From an uncultured bacterium (GTDB taxonomy: Bacteria > Verrucomicrobiota > Verrucomicrobiia > Limisphaerales > UBA8199), in contig CAVVMW010000025.1 of the NCBI GenBank assembly GCA_963749495.1, positions 13,378-77,377 of the forward strand: 64,000 nt of DNA. The letters run 5' to 3'. Positions 21,012 to 30,655 of this stretch are shown here, piece by piece. The translations under genes were made by a program, and so were the position numbers. Numbering within the stretch: the stretch's first letter is position 1; each line of letters begins with the position of its first letter. The notes below the pieces were generated by a model. It saw only the letters and a list, made by a program, of their open reading frames with translations. It was not told where the DNA came from and did no database searches.

Positions 21012-21587
21012 TGCTTTGCGCCCACGCCGGGTCTCCGCCAGGAGTTCCAAGGCGCGCGCGGCCACTTTCTCCACCGGCCACAACCGGCCCACTCCCTCAT
21101 AACCGCAGGAGAGCAGCCCCTCGTCCGGGCCAATGAAGTGAACGCCGCGCGACTTGAGCGTGGCCACGTTTTGCTGCGTGGCCGGGTGCAGCCACATCTT
21201 GCCGTTCATCGCCGGGGCCACCAGGATGGGCGCCTGGGGATTGAGCGCCAGCGCAACGCAACTCAGCGCATCGTCGGCGAGGCCGTGCGCCAGCTTGGCG
21301 ATGGTATGGGCCGTCGCCGGGGCAATCAGCAACAGGTCCGCCTCGTCGGCCAGTTTGATATGGGTCGGCTGCCAGCCTTCCGCCTCGTCGTAGAGGTCGG
21401 TGACCACCGGGTGGCGCGAGAGGGTCTTGAAGGGCACCGCCGTGACAAAGCGCAGGGCGTCGCCCGTCATCACGACGCGGACCGCGCACCCCTGCCTGGC
21501 AAGCTGGCTGGCCAGATCCACAGCCTTGTGGGCCGCAATCGAGCCGGTCACTCCTAATACCACGTTGTTGTTGATGTCCGTGTTCAT
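21006..21587 (-). CDS. coaC: Phosphopantothenoylcysteine decarboxylase (stand-alone CoaC domain)
   Basis: VVLGVTGSIAAHKA, IAPATAHTIAKLAHGLADD, APAMN..MW, LSCGYEGVGRL. Confidence 0.9.
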   Translation of the reverse strand: MNTDINNNVVLGVTGSIAAHKAVDLASQLARQGCAVRVVMTGDALRFVTAVPFKTLSRHPVVTDLYDEAEGWQPTHIKLADEADLLLIAPATAHTIAKLAHGLADDALSCVALALNPQAPILVAPAMNGKMWLHPATQQNVATLKSRGVHFIGPDEGLLSCGYEGVGRLWPVEKVAARALELLAETRRGRKAT

Positions 21588-21612
21588 TGGTGGTTGAAAT
21601 CCGCTATTGAGT

Positions 21613-22278
21613 TCACAGGTCCGGCGGGCGTGCGCGGGCCGAGCGCATCTTTTCGGCCTCGACAATCGCCAGTATCCGGCGCAGGTCCTCGCCGATAGAG
21701 CCGCTGAGCAGCAGGTAGTCGAAATGCTTCCACTGGGCGATTTCCTGCCGCGCCAGGCCCAGGCGCTTCTGGATGATCGCCGGGGCGTCGGTGCCGCGTT
21801 TGCGCAGCCGTTCCTCCAGAACGGCCAGCGAGGGCGGCGTCAGGAACACTGTGGCCAGCGCCCGGGCCAGCTCGGGGTCCTCTTTGGCGCGCTCGCGGAT
21901 GGTGGCCGCCCCCTGAACGTCCACGGTGAGCAGGACGTCGCTGCCCTGGCGCAGCTTGCCCAGGACTTCGGATTTGAGGGTGCCGTAGCTGTTGCCATAG
22001 ACGGTGGCATGTTCCAGGAAATTGCCCGCCTGCACCCGCCGCAGGAACGAAGCCGCGTCCAGGAAATAGTAATCCCGCCCCTCTCGCTCGCCAGGGCGCG
22101 GCTGGCGGGTGGTGCAGGTGATGGCCTGCGCCATCTGCGGCCGGGCCGCCAGCAACTCCTGGCAGAGAGTGGTTTTGCCCCCGCCCGAGGGGGCGGAGAT
22201 GACCACCAGCAGCGGGACCGCCGCACCGGCCGGTTTGGTTTGGCCCTCGATTCTGGGTTGGTGCGTGTCAGGGCTCAT
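21613..22278 (-). CDS. gmk: Guanylate kinase
   Basis: SAPSGGGKTT, TTRQPRPGEREGRDYYF, YGNSYGT. Confidence 0.95.
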   Translation of the reverse strand: MSPDTHQPRIEGQTKPAGAAVPLLVVISAPSGGGKTTLCQELLAARPQMAQAITCTTRQPRPGEREGRDYYFLDAASFLRRVQAGNFLEHATVYGNSYGTLKSEVLGKLRQGSDVLLTVDVQGAATIRERAKEDPELARALATVFLTPPSLAVLEERLRKRGTDAPAIIQKRLGLARQEIAQWKHFDYLLLSGSIGEDLRRILAIVEAEKMRSARARPPDL

Positions 22279-22451
22279 CCTGGCTGAGGTGTTCCAATCT
22301 GCGCTGGCCTCTGGCAAGGAATCCGCAAGCTGCGACGAACCCTCGGGGCGGCAGAATGAAAACTGAAAATTGGGGCCGGCGGTCTTTGACCGGCCGCGTC
22401 AATTCGCAATTTGCAATTCTCAATTTTCAATTTTCAATTCCTCTTCGTCGC

Positions 22452-23333
22452 TCACTCGACGTTCTGGGCCTGCTCGCGGAACCGTTCCAGCTCGGCCTTG
22501 AGGTTGACCACCTCGCGCGAGATGAGGCTGTCATTGGCCTTGGCGCCGATGGTGTTGACCTCGCGGTTCATCTCCTGGGCCAGGAAATCGAGCATGCGGC
22601 CCACCGGCTCCCGCGATTTGCGGCAGTCGGCGAATTGCTGGAAATGGCTCTGGAGGCGCGTCAGTTCCTCGGAGATGTCCGAGCGGTCGGCGAAATAGAC
22701 GACTTCCTTGAGAAGGCGATCGTCTTGGAGGCCGGGCACCTCGAGGCCGGCGGTGCGGATGCGTTCGACCAGTTGGGCGCGGTAGCGCTCGGCCACTTTG
22801 GGCGCGTTCTGCTCGATGCACCCCGCCGACTTGCGCATCAACCGGATGCGCCCGGCCAGGTCCTGCTCCAGCGCCGCCCCTTCCCGCTCCCGCATCTTGA
22901 GCATCTGCCTCACAGCCCTCTTGAGCGCCTTGCTCACCGCCGGCCAGAAATCCTCCTCCACCGCAAGCTGCTCGTCGGTCTGGAACACCCCCGGCGCCCG
23001 CGCCAGGTGGTCCAGCGTCACCGGCCCCGGCAGGCCCAGTTGCTTGGAGAGCCGCGTCAGTTCCCGCGCGTAGGCCTTGGCCAGGGGCTCGTTCAAGTGC
23101 ATCCGCGCCGAGAGTTTGCTGGCCCCGGCGTGCAGCGAAACCCGCACGGTGAGCCGCCCGCGCGCAATGCAGTTGTTGAGGAGATCGCGAATTGGCGCCT
23201 CCAGCAACTCCATCTCGCGCGGCAAGTTCACCGAAATCTCCGTCTGCTTCCGGTTCACCGAACTGAGTTCAACGGTGACCTTGAAGCCGTCCTGGGAGCA
23301 TTCCCCGCGTCCGTAACCGGTCATCGATTTCAT
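22452..23333 (-). CDS. yicC: YicC/YloC family endoribonuclease
   Basis: MKSMTGYGRGE, DISEELTRL, GRMLDFLAQEMNREVNTIGAK, REQAQNVE. Confidence 0.95.
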   Translation of the reverse strand: MKSMTGYGRGECSQDGFKVTVELSSVNRKQTEISVNLPREMELLEAPIRDLLNNCIARGRLTVRVSLHAGASKLSARMHLNEPLAKAYARELTRLSKQLGLPGPVTLDHLARAPGVFQTDEQLAVEEDFWPAVSKALKRAVRQMLKMREREGAALEQDLAGRIRLMRKSAGCIEQNAPKVAERYRAQLVERIRTAGLEVPGLQDDRLLKEVVYFADRSDISEELTRLQSHFQQFADCRKSREPVGRMLDFLAQEMNREVNTIGAKANDSLISREVVNLKAELERFREQAQNVE

Positions 23334-23431
23334 CCGCCCAACACTATGCGAAAAAACCCCTCCTCAGGCTAACAAAATCTGCCTTGTCGCGCACCTGAAT
23401 CGGTCCGCCTGGGGTGCGGGACAAAATAGTA

Positions 23432-23591
23432 AGGCGGTGGAAATAAATAAAGGTGGCAAGATGCCGCCGGGATTTTGGCGCCCAGCGAGGCGTGAACGAG
23501 GCGCATATCCAGTGATCTGCAACGAGTGAACAACGAAGCTGGGCGGCAAAAGAACAAGGCAGGTTGCTACCTTTATTTATTTCCACCGCCT
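23432..23591. repeat. MITE/REP-like element with ~28 bp inverted repeats
   Basis: aggcggtggaaataaataaaggtggcaa / ttgctacctttatttatttccaccgcct. Confidence 0.75.
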
Positions 23592-23639
23592 AACCATTGG
23601 ACCTGTTCATTTCCGCGTAATCCGCGTATTCCGCGGTTC

Positions 23640-23792
23640 ATTCTCCTTCGGGACGAGCATCGGGCGCAGGTGCAAAACTACCTCAAGGCGACCAGGTTCA
23701 AGCTCGGGCTGTTGGTCAAGTTTGGCCATTATGCCAAGCTCCAAATTGAGCGCATCGTGGCGGAGCGGGGCCGATACGCCTCTGGCAACTGA
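23640..23792 (+). pseudogene. GxxExxY (PD-(D/E)XK) protein, C-terminal fragment
   Basis: EHRAQVQNYLKATRFKLGLLVKFG..LQIERIV, bracketed by ttccgcgta / tacgcggaa inverted repeats. Confidence 0.75.
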
Positions 23793-24099
23793 GGGCAACC
23801 GCGGAATACGCGGAATACGCGGAAAACAAAAGGCTTTCGGCGGTTCTCTCCCTTCGCTCGATTGGCACGAGATCTGGGGTGCCTTGACTCTCCTGATCTT
23901 CCTCGCACTGGAAGGTCGTTAGGCGAGGATTTGGGCCACCCCCTCCGGGAGACTGTCCAGTCGGGAACGACAAGCCAGCAACGCGGGTCAGCGCTCACCA
24001 CCGCAGTTCCCAGAACTGCGCCTGGCGCGGCGCGAACGTGGCGTGCTTTTCCGGCACGCCAGCCGCCGTCGTCACCGCCGCTGCTGGGGTCGGAACCGA

Positions 24100-24320
24100 G
24101 GGAGCCCTTGGGAGCGCCGGAGAAGCAGGTGTTGGCGCGATGGTTGTGCCAGCACACGACAGTGCGGCGGCGCTTGGCGGGCGAGCGGTTAGGGATGGGG
24201 GACGAATCACGGGTGACGCAAGACACCGGGCCGGTCAACAGCCGCGTGGACCTCGGACTCGAGCGGTTTAGGGAGCAGTTGGAACAAGCATACGGAGAGG
24301 CTGCGCCGACAGAGATATGA
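24100..24320 (+). pseudogene. C-terminal remnant of a REP-associated tyrosine transposase-like protein
   Basis: GAPEKQVLARWLCQHTTVRRR..ERLGMGDESRVTQ. Confidence 0.5.
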
Positions 24321-24407
24321 ACAAGTATCAGATTCCCGGGACCCCTTCGCTGTCAAAAAGCGCCTTTTCGGCTTGTTGCACGGCTGGTAGCGAAGTATTT
24401 TAAGACG

Positions 24408-24632
24408 ATGAAACTCCTGGAGCGGATTACCGTGGAGCCCGGCAAATGCGCCGGACAGCCCTGCATCCGTGGCAAACGGATGCGCGTCACCGACGTTCTT
24501 GATCTCTTAAGCCATGGCGCGAGTCACGAGGAGATTTTGGCGGATTACTCCTTTCTTGAACCCGATGACATCCTGGCGGCCATCGCCTACGCTTCCCGCT
24601 TGACCGATCACGTCGTGCTCACGAGTGCGTGA
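24408..24632 (+). CDS. DUF433 antitoxin
   Basis: ERITVEPGKCAGQPCIRGKRMRVTDVLDLL..EEILADY..LEPDDI. Confidence 0.9.
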   Translation: MKLLERITVEPGKCAGQPCIRGKRMRVTDVLDLLSHGASHEEILADYSFLEPDDILAAIAYASRLTDHVVLTSA

Positions 24633-24746
24633 ATTTCCTGGTGGACAACCAGCTCCCAGAAGCCCTATGCCGCTTCTTGAACGGGCACGGTCACCGATCC
24701 GACCATGTGCTCGGCCTGCGCCTGGACGAAGCATCCGACAAAACAG
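24629..24746 (+). pseudogene. DUF5615 PIN-like toxin, truncated
   Basis: MNFLVDNQLPEALCRFL..GH..DHV..L.LDEASD, then interrupted by an inverted-repeat element. Confidence 0.75.
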
Positions 24747-24747
24747 C

Positions 24748-25022
24748 GTCAGTCCCGCATTTCCACACGCTTCACTCATTCTGGCCCCACCGAGGCAAAT
24801 GGCCGCGTGACATTCGGCACAGATCCCAAGCGCACGGGGAATCCACGCCAGGGTCCTGATGATTCCGAGGCGCAGCTCTTCGGCATTCGCCCGCTTCCCC
24901 GGACCGCCTTTGCGCCGCCGCCCCGAGTCGCTCCGGCCCCCGGCTTGCCGCCGCCTTTTGACGTCCCGGCCAGGCCCGCGAGCCTCAAGGAGGGTCGGAA
25001 CATGCGAAAATGCGGGACTGAC
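24748..25022. mobile_element. MITE-like insertion with 15 bp inverted repeats
   Basis: gtcagtcccgcattt / aaatgcgggactgac. Confidence 0.6.
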
Positions 25023-25279
25023 CCCGTTCCTGGAAAGCCAAGGGTGAGCGAAATCAACGGCATACGGGCTGGGGCTCGATGGGGGCCCGGTGAGGGTGGG
25101 GGACTGGTTATGGCGGCATTATTGGCAGGTTTGAGGTTGACGACAGGGCCCTGCTTGAGCAATATCCGGCATGACCCTGAGAACAATGAGTGCGGCCAGG
25201 AACCAGTTCCCGCTCACCGGTGCAACGGCAGGGACCGGCGCGCCGCTCAACAACTGTCGTTAGGCGTCCTCACCAACTT

Positions 25280-26056
25280 ATGTCTGAACAATCCTGGAAA
25301 GACGCAATCATCAGCGTTCTCACCGAATCAAAGGAGCCGCTCCACTATCACGAGATTACAGAGCGGATTATGACGCGAGGGCTCAAGACCACTGCCGGCG
25401 CGACTCCCGATGCCACCGTCAACGCGCAGATTTCCGCCTCCATTAAGCACGAGGGCACCGCGTCCCCATATCTCCGCGTCGGCAAAGGCACCTTCACCCT
25501 CCGGCCCAGCGGCGCGGCAGCAGGAGAACCCGTCAATGAGCAAGCGGTCGAGACTTCCGACAACGTTATCCGTGCATTCGGGATTCACTGGCAGCGCGAG
25601 CACGTCCTATGGCGACGGCAGCCCCGCTTGTATGGTCGCCAGCAGGTTGCCGCCAAGAGCGTTGATTTCAGCGGCCAGCGCGGAGTCTATGTGCTCTCAG
25701 ACCATCACACCGTTGTTTATGTCGGTCGTGCCGTAGAGCGGGACCTGGGCCAACGACTATACGAGCACACACTTGACCGCGTCTCGGGCCGCTGGAATCG
25801 CTTTTCATGGTTCGGTCTCTATGATGTCTCTGACGCGGGCAAGCTCACGCAGGAGTCATTGACTCCAACCTTTGCCTCGATTGTCACTGCTTTCGAGGCC
25901 ATTTTGATTGAGACATTGGAGCCGCCGCAGAACCGCCGCCGAGGCGACGACTTCACCGCTGTCGAATACATACAAGACATTGACCCCGAACTGCGCGAGC
26001 AGGAGCTTCAGAGCACACTCGGCAGCATCGAACAAAAACTCCGCCAAGCCCAATAA
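25280..26056 (+). CDS. HARE-HTH domain fused to GIY-YIG-like nuclease
   Basis: WKDAIISVL..EPLHYHEITE..GATPDATV..GKGTFTL; GVYVL..VVYVGRA..LGQRLYEH. Confidence 0.75.
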   Translation: MSEQSWKDAIISVLTESKEPLHYHEITERIMTRGLKTTAGATPDATVNAQISASIKHEGTASPYLRVGKGTFTLRPSGAAAGEPVNEQAVETSDNVIRAFGIHWQREHVLWRRQPRLYGRQQVAAKSVDFSGQRGVYVLSDHHTVVYVGRAVERDLGQRLYEHTLDRVSGRWNRFSWFGLYDVSDAGKLTQESLTPTFASIVTAFEAILIETLEPPQNRRRGDDFTAVEYIQDIDPELREQELQSTLGSIEQKLRQAQ

Positions 26057-26146
26057 ACCGATACTGATACCCAACTGATCCGAAATTCCTCATCCCGGCA
26101 GCCTCAATAACCGCCAGTCCAGCAACAAACCATCCACTATGAGAAT

Positions 26147-27142
26147 ATGAGCGACTTCAACGCTAAACTGACCGCAATCGCGGAGCAGTTACAAAAGGGC
26201 ATTGCCCCACCCAAAGAGACGGTCCGCACGCTCTTAAGTTGGTATGGCGCTTCCCGACGTGGCTACAACGTTAGTCATGAAATAAAACGCGAGCTCAAGG
26301 AGCATGGCCTGCGCACCGAACCAGATTTCGAATCTGAGTACATTGACGGCTACGTCTCGTTCGAAAAGGGAGCGACCAAAGAGCCACCTAATGAAGAATC
26401 GGCAACTGACCCGACACATAAAATCGCTCGACTTGCCTCCGCACACCGACCCCCGCTTTCTGTAAAACCTGACAGCACACTACAGCAAACGATTACTGTA
26501 ATGCTGACCAATGACTTCTCGCAACTCCCAGTCATGACCTCCACGCGCGAGCTAAAGGGGGTAGTTAGCTGGAAATCAATCGGGACCCGTTTGGCGTTAA
26601 GGCGCGCCTGCAACAACGCACAAGATTGCATGGAGGCTGCCTGTGAAGTTGCAATGGGAGACTCATTATTCTCAGCAATTCGCACAGTGATTGACCACGA
26701 ATATGTTCTAGTTAGAGCTGAAGATAAACAAGTATGTGGCATTATTACTGCGAGCGACCTCACAGAACAGTTTCAGAAACTTGCTGAGCCGTTCTTGCTC
26801 GTCGGTGAAATTGAGAATGGAGTTCGGCAAATGCTTTACGGACGTTTTACCAAGGAAGAGCTGTGCGCTGCAAAGGCCGCTGAAGATAAGGAACGGAAAG
26901 TGCAGGCTGTCGCGGACCTCACTTTTGGCGAATACATACGATTACTTGAGTCAGAAAAGAACTGGACAAAGGTGAAGCTTGAGATTGACCGCGTGGAATT
27001 TGTCAACCGGCTCCATCAAATTCGAAAGATACGCAACGACGTAATGCACTTCGACCCAGACGGGCTTGACGACGCGGACTTAACCAACCTCAGAGAGTTT
27101 GCCCGCTTCTTGAAACGGCTGCGCGACGTGGGTGCAGCGTGA
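26147..27142 (+). CDS. CBS-pair protein with C-terminal HEPN/Swt1-like domain
   Basis: SVKPDSTL..FSQLPV..GVVSWK; GIITASDL; LTFGEY..IRKIRNDVMHF (R-X4-H). Confidence 0.75.
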   Translation: MSDFNAKLTAIAEQLQKGIAPPKETVRTLLSWYGASRRGYNVSHEIKRELKEHGLRTEPDFESEYIDGYVSFEKGATKEPPNEESATDPTHKIARLASAHRPPLSVKPDSTLQQTITVMLTNDFSQLPVMTSTRELKGVVSWKSIGTRLALRRACNNAQDCMEAACEVAMGDSLFSAIRTVIDHEYVLVRAEDKQVCGIITASDLTEQFQKLAEPFLLVGEIENGVRQMLYGRFTKEELCAAKAAEDKERKVQAVADLTFGEYIRLLESEKNWTKVKLEIDRVEFVNRLHQIRKIRNDVMHFDPDGLDDADLTNLREFARFLKRLRDVGAA

Positions 27143-27669
27143 AGAATCATCGTGCGACTGTATCAGGAATGCAACCAATGAAAGGCCTAGGCCATGCGCT
27201 AGAACCTACCTGAGTCAGGTGTCCTTATGAATCCTGCTATAGACCCTCAATTAAGGGCACTTCACCTCGTAACACTTGCCCTTTATAACAAGCAGACAAT
27301 GCTCCTTCGGTCTAAGCCAACACCTATCGCCTCCATCAATGCGACAGATTTTCTAGCTCACCAAGCAACGATCTTTGCCGACTCAGCATTATTCCGCATG
27401 GAAGCTGCTAGACAGCCGCTAAACACTGCCTCCGCTCGCTTGCGAACTTGCTTGGAGGCTCAAGCTAGAGCAAATCATATTTTCGCTGTGACAGGGAACG
27501 AGCGTGAACACTGCGCAACTGAGAGGGGTCAGTTAATGAGATTGTCATATTCCAGGCAGGCATTGTCCGCCTGTTTGCGAGTTTCTGCCCTCTCTGCCCT
27601 GTCCCAGCAGCCGGGCTGAGAAACTCGCTGAGAGCAACCGCTCACCAGCGCACTTTGCAGCAACCCGGT

Positions 27670-27999
27670 TCACAGTCCGAACCAAAGACGCAACGCCTCG
27701 TCGAGTTTTACCAGGTCAGGTGCGCGCAACTGGCCGAGTTGCTTTCTGACCAGATTTCCCGTCACCGAGGCCACCGCGCGTTTGGCAAAAGAAGGATGGA
27801 TCAGCCCCGCCTCGCGCCAGGACTGGAGGGCGAACTCGCCCGGACGCAGCCCGTCGCCCACGGAAGTCACCGCCACCACCAGCAAATCATCCGAAGGATA
27901 ATCCGGGCTGACCACCACGGCGGGGCGGATTTTGGCGGAGGATTGATCCGAAAAAGGAAACGGCAGCAGGACGATGGTGCCGCGTTTATAGCCGGTCAT
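27670..27999 (-). CDS. PemK/MazF-family toxin
   Basis: YKRGTIVLLPFPFSDQSSAKIRPAVVVS..WREAGL..PS. Confidence 0.88.
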   Translation of the reverse strand: MTGYKRGTIVLLPFPFSDQSSAKIRPAVVVSPDYPSDDLLVVAVTSVGDGLRPGEFALQSWREAGLIHPSFAKRAVASVTGNLVRKQLGQLRAPDLVKLDEALRLWFGL

Positions 28000-28186
28000 A
28001 ATCGGCATCCAGCGGATTTTCCCAGATTTTTTGGAAGGTGGACTCGGACAGCCGCGCACAGGCGTCGGCCAGCCCGTCGTCGTTCGGGTCCGGCGCGATT
28101 ACCGTGACCTTGGCGTTGGGCTGCAACCGAGCCGGTTCGTCCAGCACGATGAACCTTCCGTCAAAATGCGCGCTCAAAGTTTGCAT
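27986..28186 (-). CDS. Cognate antitoxin
   Basis: MQTLSAHFDGRFIVLDEP..IWENPLDADYDRL; overlaps toxin start. Confidence 0.75.
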   Translation of the reverse strand: MQTLSAHFDGRFIVLDEPARLQPNAKVTVIAPDPNDDGLADACARLSESTFQKIWENPLDADYDRL

Positions 28187-28387
28187 TGTTCAAGCCTAGT
28201 TTCCCCGGTGGCCTTTATCAAGCGGCAAAATCACCGCAGACCATCCGTGTTCCGATCAGGGCCATAAAATAAGGTAAGTAAATGAGATTGTCATGTCCCC
28301 GGGAGGCGTCGTTCACTTGTTTGCGACTTTCTGCCCTTTCAGCCCTTTCCCAGCCGCCAGGCTGCGAAACTCGCTCGGAGCAGCCGC

Positions 28388-28790
28388 TCACCATCGCAGT
28401 TCCCAGGCCTGCGGCTGGCGCGGCGGGAACGTGGCCGGTTTTTCCGGCACGCCGGGTGCAGTCGTGACGGGCATCGAGGCGCCGGAGGTCATTTCGCAGC
28501 GGGCAGGTCCTGCGGGCAGGCCCCATCCTGCAGCATGTCGGACCGATGCAGTGACGGGCGCGTCGCTGACGTTGACGAAAAGGAGCAGCAACCGGCCTTC
28601 GGCCGGCAGCCTCCAGGCGCCGGCCAGCACGGCGCCGGTGGTGGCCCACCATTCGCCAGACCATTGCCAGTCCGCCTTCACTTTCGCCACATCGCCCAGC
28701 AGCACCGGGGGGCGGGCCATTTCGCCGGCGAAGACATAGCGGCTGAACCTGGAGCGCAAACGCACCAGTTGGCGGAAGAACCCTCGATCT
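28388..28790 (-). pseudogene. C-terminal fragment of a secreted glycoside-hydrolase-like protein
   Basis: YVFAGEMARPP..AVLAGAW..LLLLFVNVSD; no N-terminus. Confidence 0.45.
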
Positions 28791-28799
28791 TTTAGCTGC

Positions 28800-28990
28800 C
28801 GATTGTTGGAGCGCCTCGGTCGCATCCGCCCGCAATTGTGCCAACTGAGCCTGTTCCCGCAGATGCAAATGCGCGCGCCTGCGCTCCGTCACGTCCTGTT
28901 TGACGGCGATGAAATGGGTGACCGCGCCACGAGCGTCCTGGACCGGCGTGATCGTCATTTCCTCGTCGTAAAGGCTGGCGTCCTTGCGTT
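28800..28990 (-). pseudogene. PAS/PAC domain fragment
   Basis: EMTITPVQDARGAVTHFIAVKQDVTERRRA. Confidence 0.6.
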
Positions 28991-29136
28991 TGTTGACCAG
29001 TTCGCCCTGCCAATTCGTGGGCTCTGTCCAGTTTCGCCTTGCGCGCGCGCGGGGTTCCGTTGACTTTCAATGTGGCACAGCTTCTCTGCCTGCTTCCGGA
29101 GCCGGGGAGGCGAGCGGTTGCGGTGTGATTCTGCCG

Positions 29137-29688
29137 ATGCGGCCAAAGATTGTCATTGCGGTCTTGTTGCTGGGGGCGCTCCTGGCCGGTTCTCTGCGCC
29201 TGCTTCGGCAGGCCGGCGGCCAATCGCAGCAAACCGCTCCGGCCGCCTCAGCCGCCCCCGACACCAGCCCCGGCCTGACCCATACCGGCGGCGCCCCCGT
29301 GCCGGGGCCACGGCCAACCGCCGGGATCGCGGACGCCACGAAGCCCGCGGCCACCGGCCCAAAACCCGCGGGCACAGAGGATTCGGATTCATCCCAGGCG
29401 CGCCATCGGGCCTACGTTGAGAGCCGGGTGGCCGAACTCCTGGACCTCGGCGCCCAGGGCGATCCGGCATCGCTGGAGACCATTCTGTCCGAGTTGACCA
29501 ACCGCGACCCGGCCATCCGCAGGGCGGCGCTCGGCGCCGCCATGCAGGTCCGCAGCCGGGACGCCATCCCCCGGTTGGTGGAGGCCGCCCTGCAAACCGA
29601 CGATCCTCATGAGCGGGCCGCCATCGCGGACGCCATTGAATTCCTGAAGCTGCCTGCGCTGGGTGAAGTCATGGGGCAGACCAACTGA
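29137..29688 (+). CDS. Membrane-anchored HEAT-repeat protein
   Basis: N-terminal TM helix, Pro/Ala linker, LTNRDPAIRRAAL..DAIPRL. Confidence 0.7.
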   Translation: MRPKIVIAVLLLGALLAGSLRLLRQAGGQSQQTAPAASAAPDTSPGLTHTGGAPVPGPRPTAGIADATKPAATGPKPAGTEDSDSSQARHRAYVESRVAELLDLGAQGDPASLETILSELTNRDPAIRRAALGAAMQVRSRDAIPRLVEAALQTDDPHERAAIADAIEFLKLPALGEVMGQTN

Positions 29689-29742
29689 GCGGGTCAGGCT
29701 TCGAAATCCTGGCGCGCGAGTGTTGCTTCAGCGTGAAACGTT

Positions 29743-30399
29743 TCATTGCGGGAACCCGAACCAGCTTTCGATGGCTTCCATGGAGGTGTGCGTCATCGCC
29801 GCCAGGATGAGTTGGACCGGCCGCAACTGCATGACAAGGATCAGGATGAGGAAGCCGTAGCGGGCCAGTTGGTGGTAGGTCTCGTAAGTCATGCCGGTCA
29901 GGCTGCGCACGACCTGCGAGCCGTCCAGCGGCGGGATCGGCAGCAGATTGAAGAAGCAGAGCAGCAGGCTGAGGTTGGCCAGGGAAAGGCAAGTCTCGGA
30001 CATGCCGGGGAAATGGGCCACTTCGGTCAGGCGGGCCAGGCCCACCAGGACAACGGCCAGCAGCAAGTTCATCCACGGCCCGGCCAGCGTCACCAGGATG
30101 TCGTCCATGCGCGGGTTGCGCAGGTTATAGGGGTTGACCGGCACCGGTTTGGCCCACCCCACCAGGAACCCGCGCCCGGCGGAACCGGTGAGCGAGAGGA
30201 AGATCATCAAGCCGGGCAGCAGGAGCGTGCCGATCGGGTCGATGTGGACCATCGGGTTGAGGGAAACCCGGCCTTGGGCATACGCGGTGTCATCGCCGCA
30301 TTTGTGCGCCATCCAGGCATGGCCGAACTCGTGAAAGGTCAGCAGCACCAGCAGGCCCAGAAACTCAATGGCCCACTCAACCAGCATTCTCTCGTCCAT
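29743..30399 (-). CDS. Site-2 protease (peptidase M50)
   Basis: HEFGH, GWAKPVPVN, AGPWMN, FNLLPIPPLDGS. Confidence 0.92.
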   Translation of the reverse strand: MDERMLVEWAIEFLGLLVLLTFHEFGHAWMAHKCGDDTAYAQGRVSLNPMVHIDPIGTLLLPGLMIFLSLTGSAGRGFLVGWAKPVPVNPYNLRNPRMDDILVTLAGPWMNLLLAVVLVGLARLTEVAHFPGMSETCLSLANLSLLLCFFNLLPIPPLDGSQVVRSLTGMTYETYHQLARYGFLILILVMQLRPVQLILAAMTHTSMEAIESWFGFPQ

Positions 30400-30655
30400 T
30401 CGGAACCAGCTTAGCAGAAGGCGCGACCCGTGGATAGCCAAGAAGTGGGCGGACAGCAATTCCGCAAGGTGGGCCGCGCCTCCGCTCTGCTTTCGGGGGG
30501 CCAGATTTTCGTCGGTGCCGAACGCTGTCGTGATTGAGGGGCGGCTGGGCGGAGCCTTCGCGGGACGACACCTCTCCCGTGGTCCCCGAGTCCTCCTTTT
30601 TGCGTCGGCCAGTTTGCAAAGAGCAACATCCCGAAATCGCTCACCCAGGCGGTCG

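Noticed and set aside
27227..27619. 130 aa ORF
   Set aside because: No motif, and it runs into the 113-bp repeat; coding status unsupported
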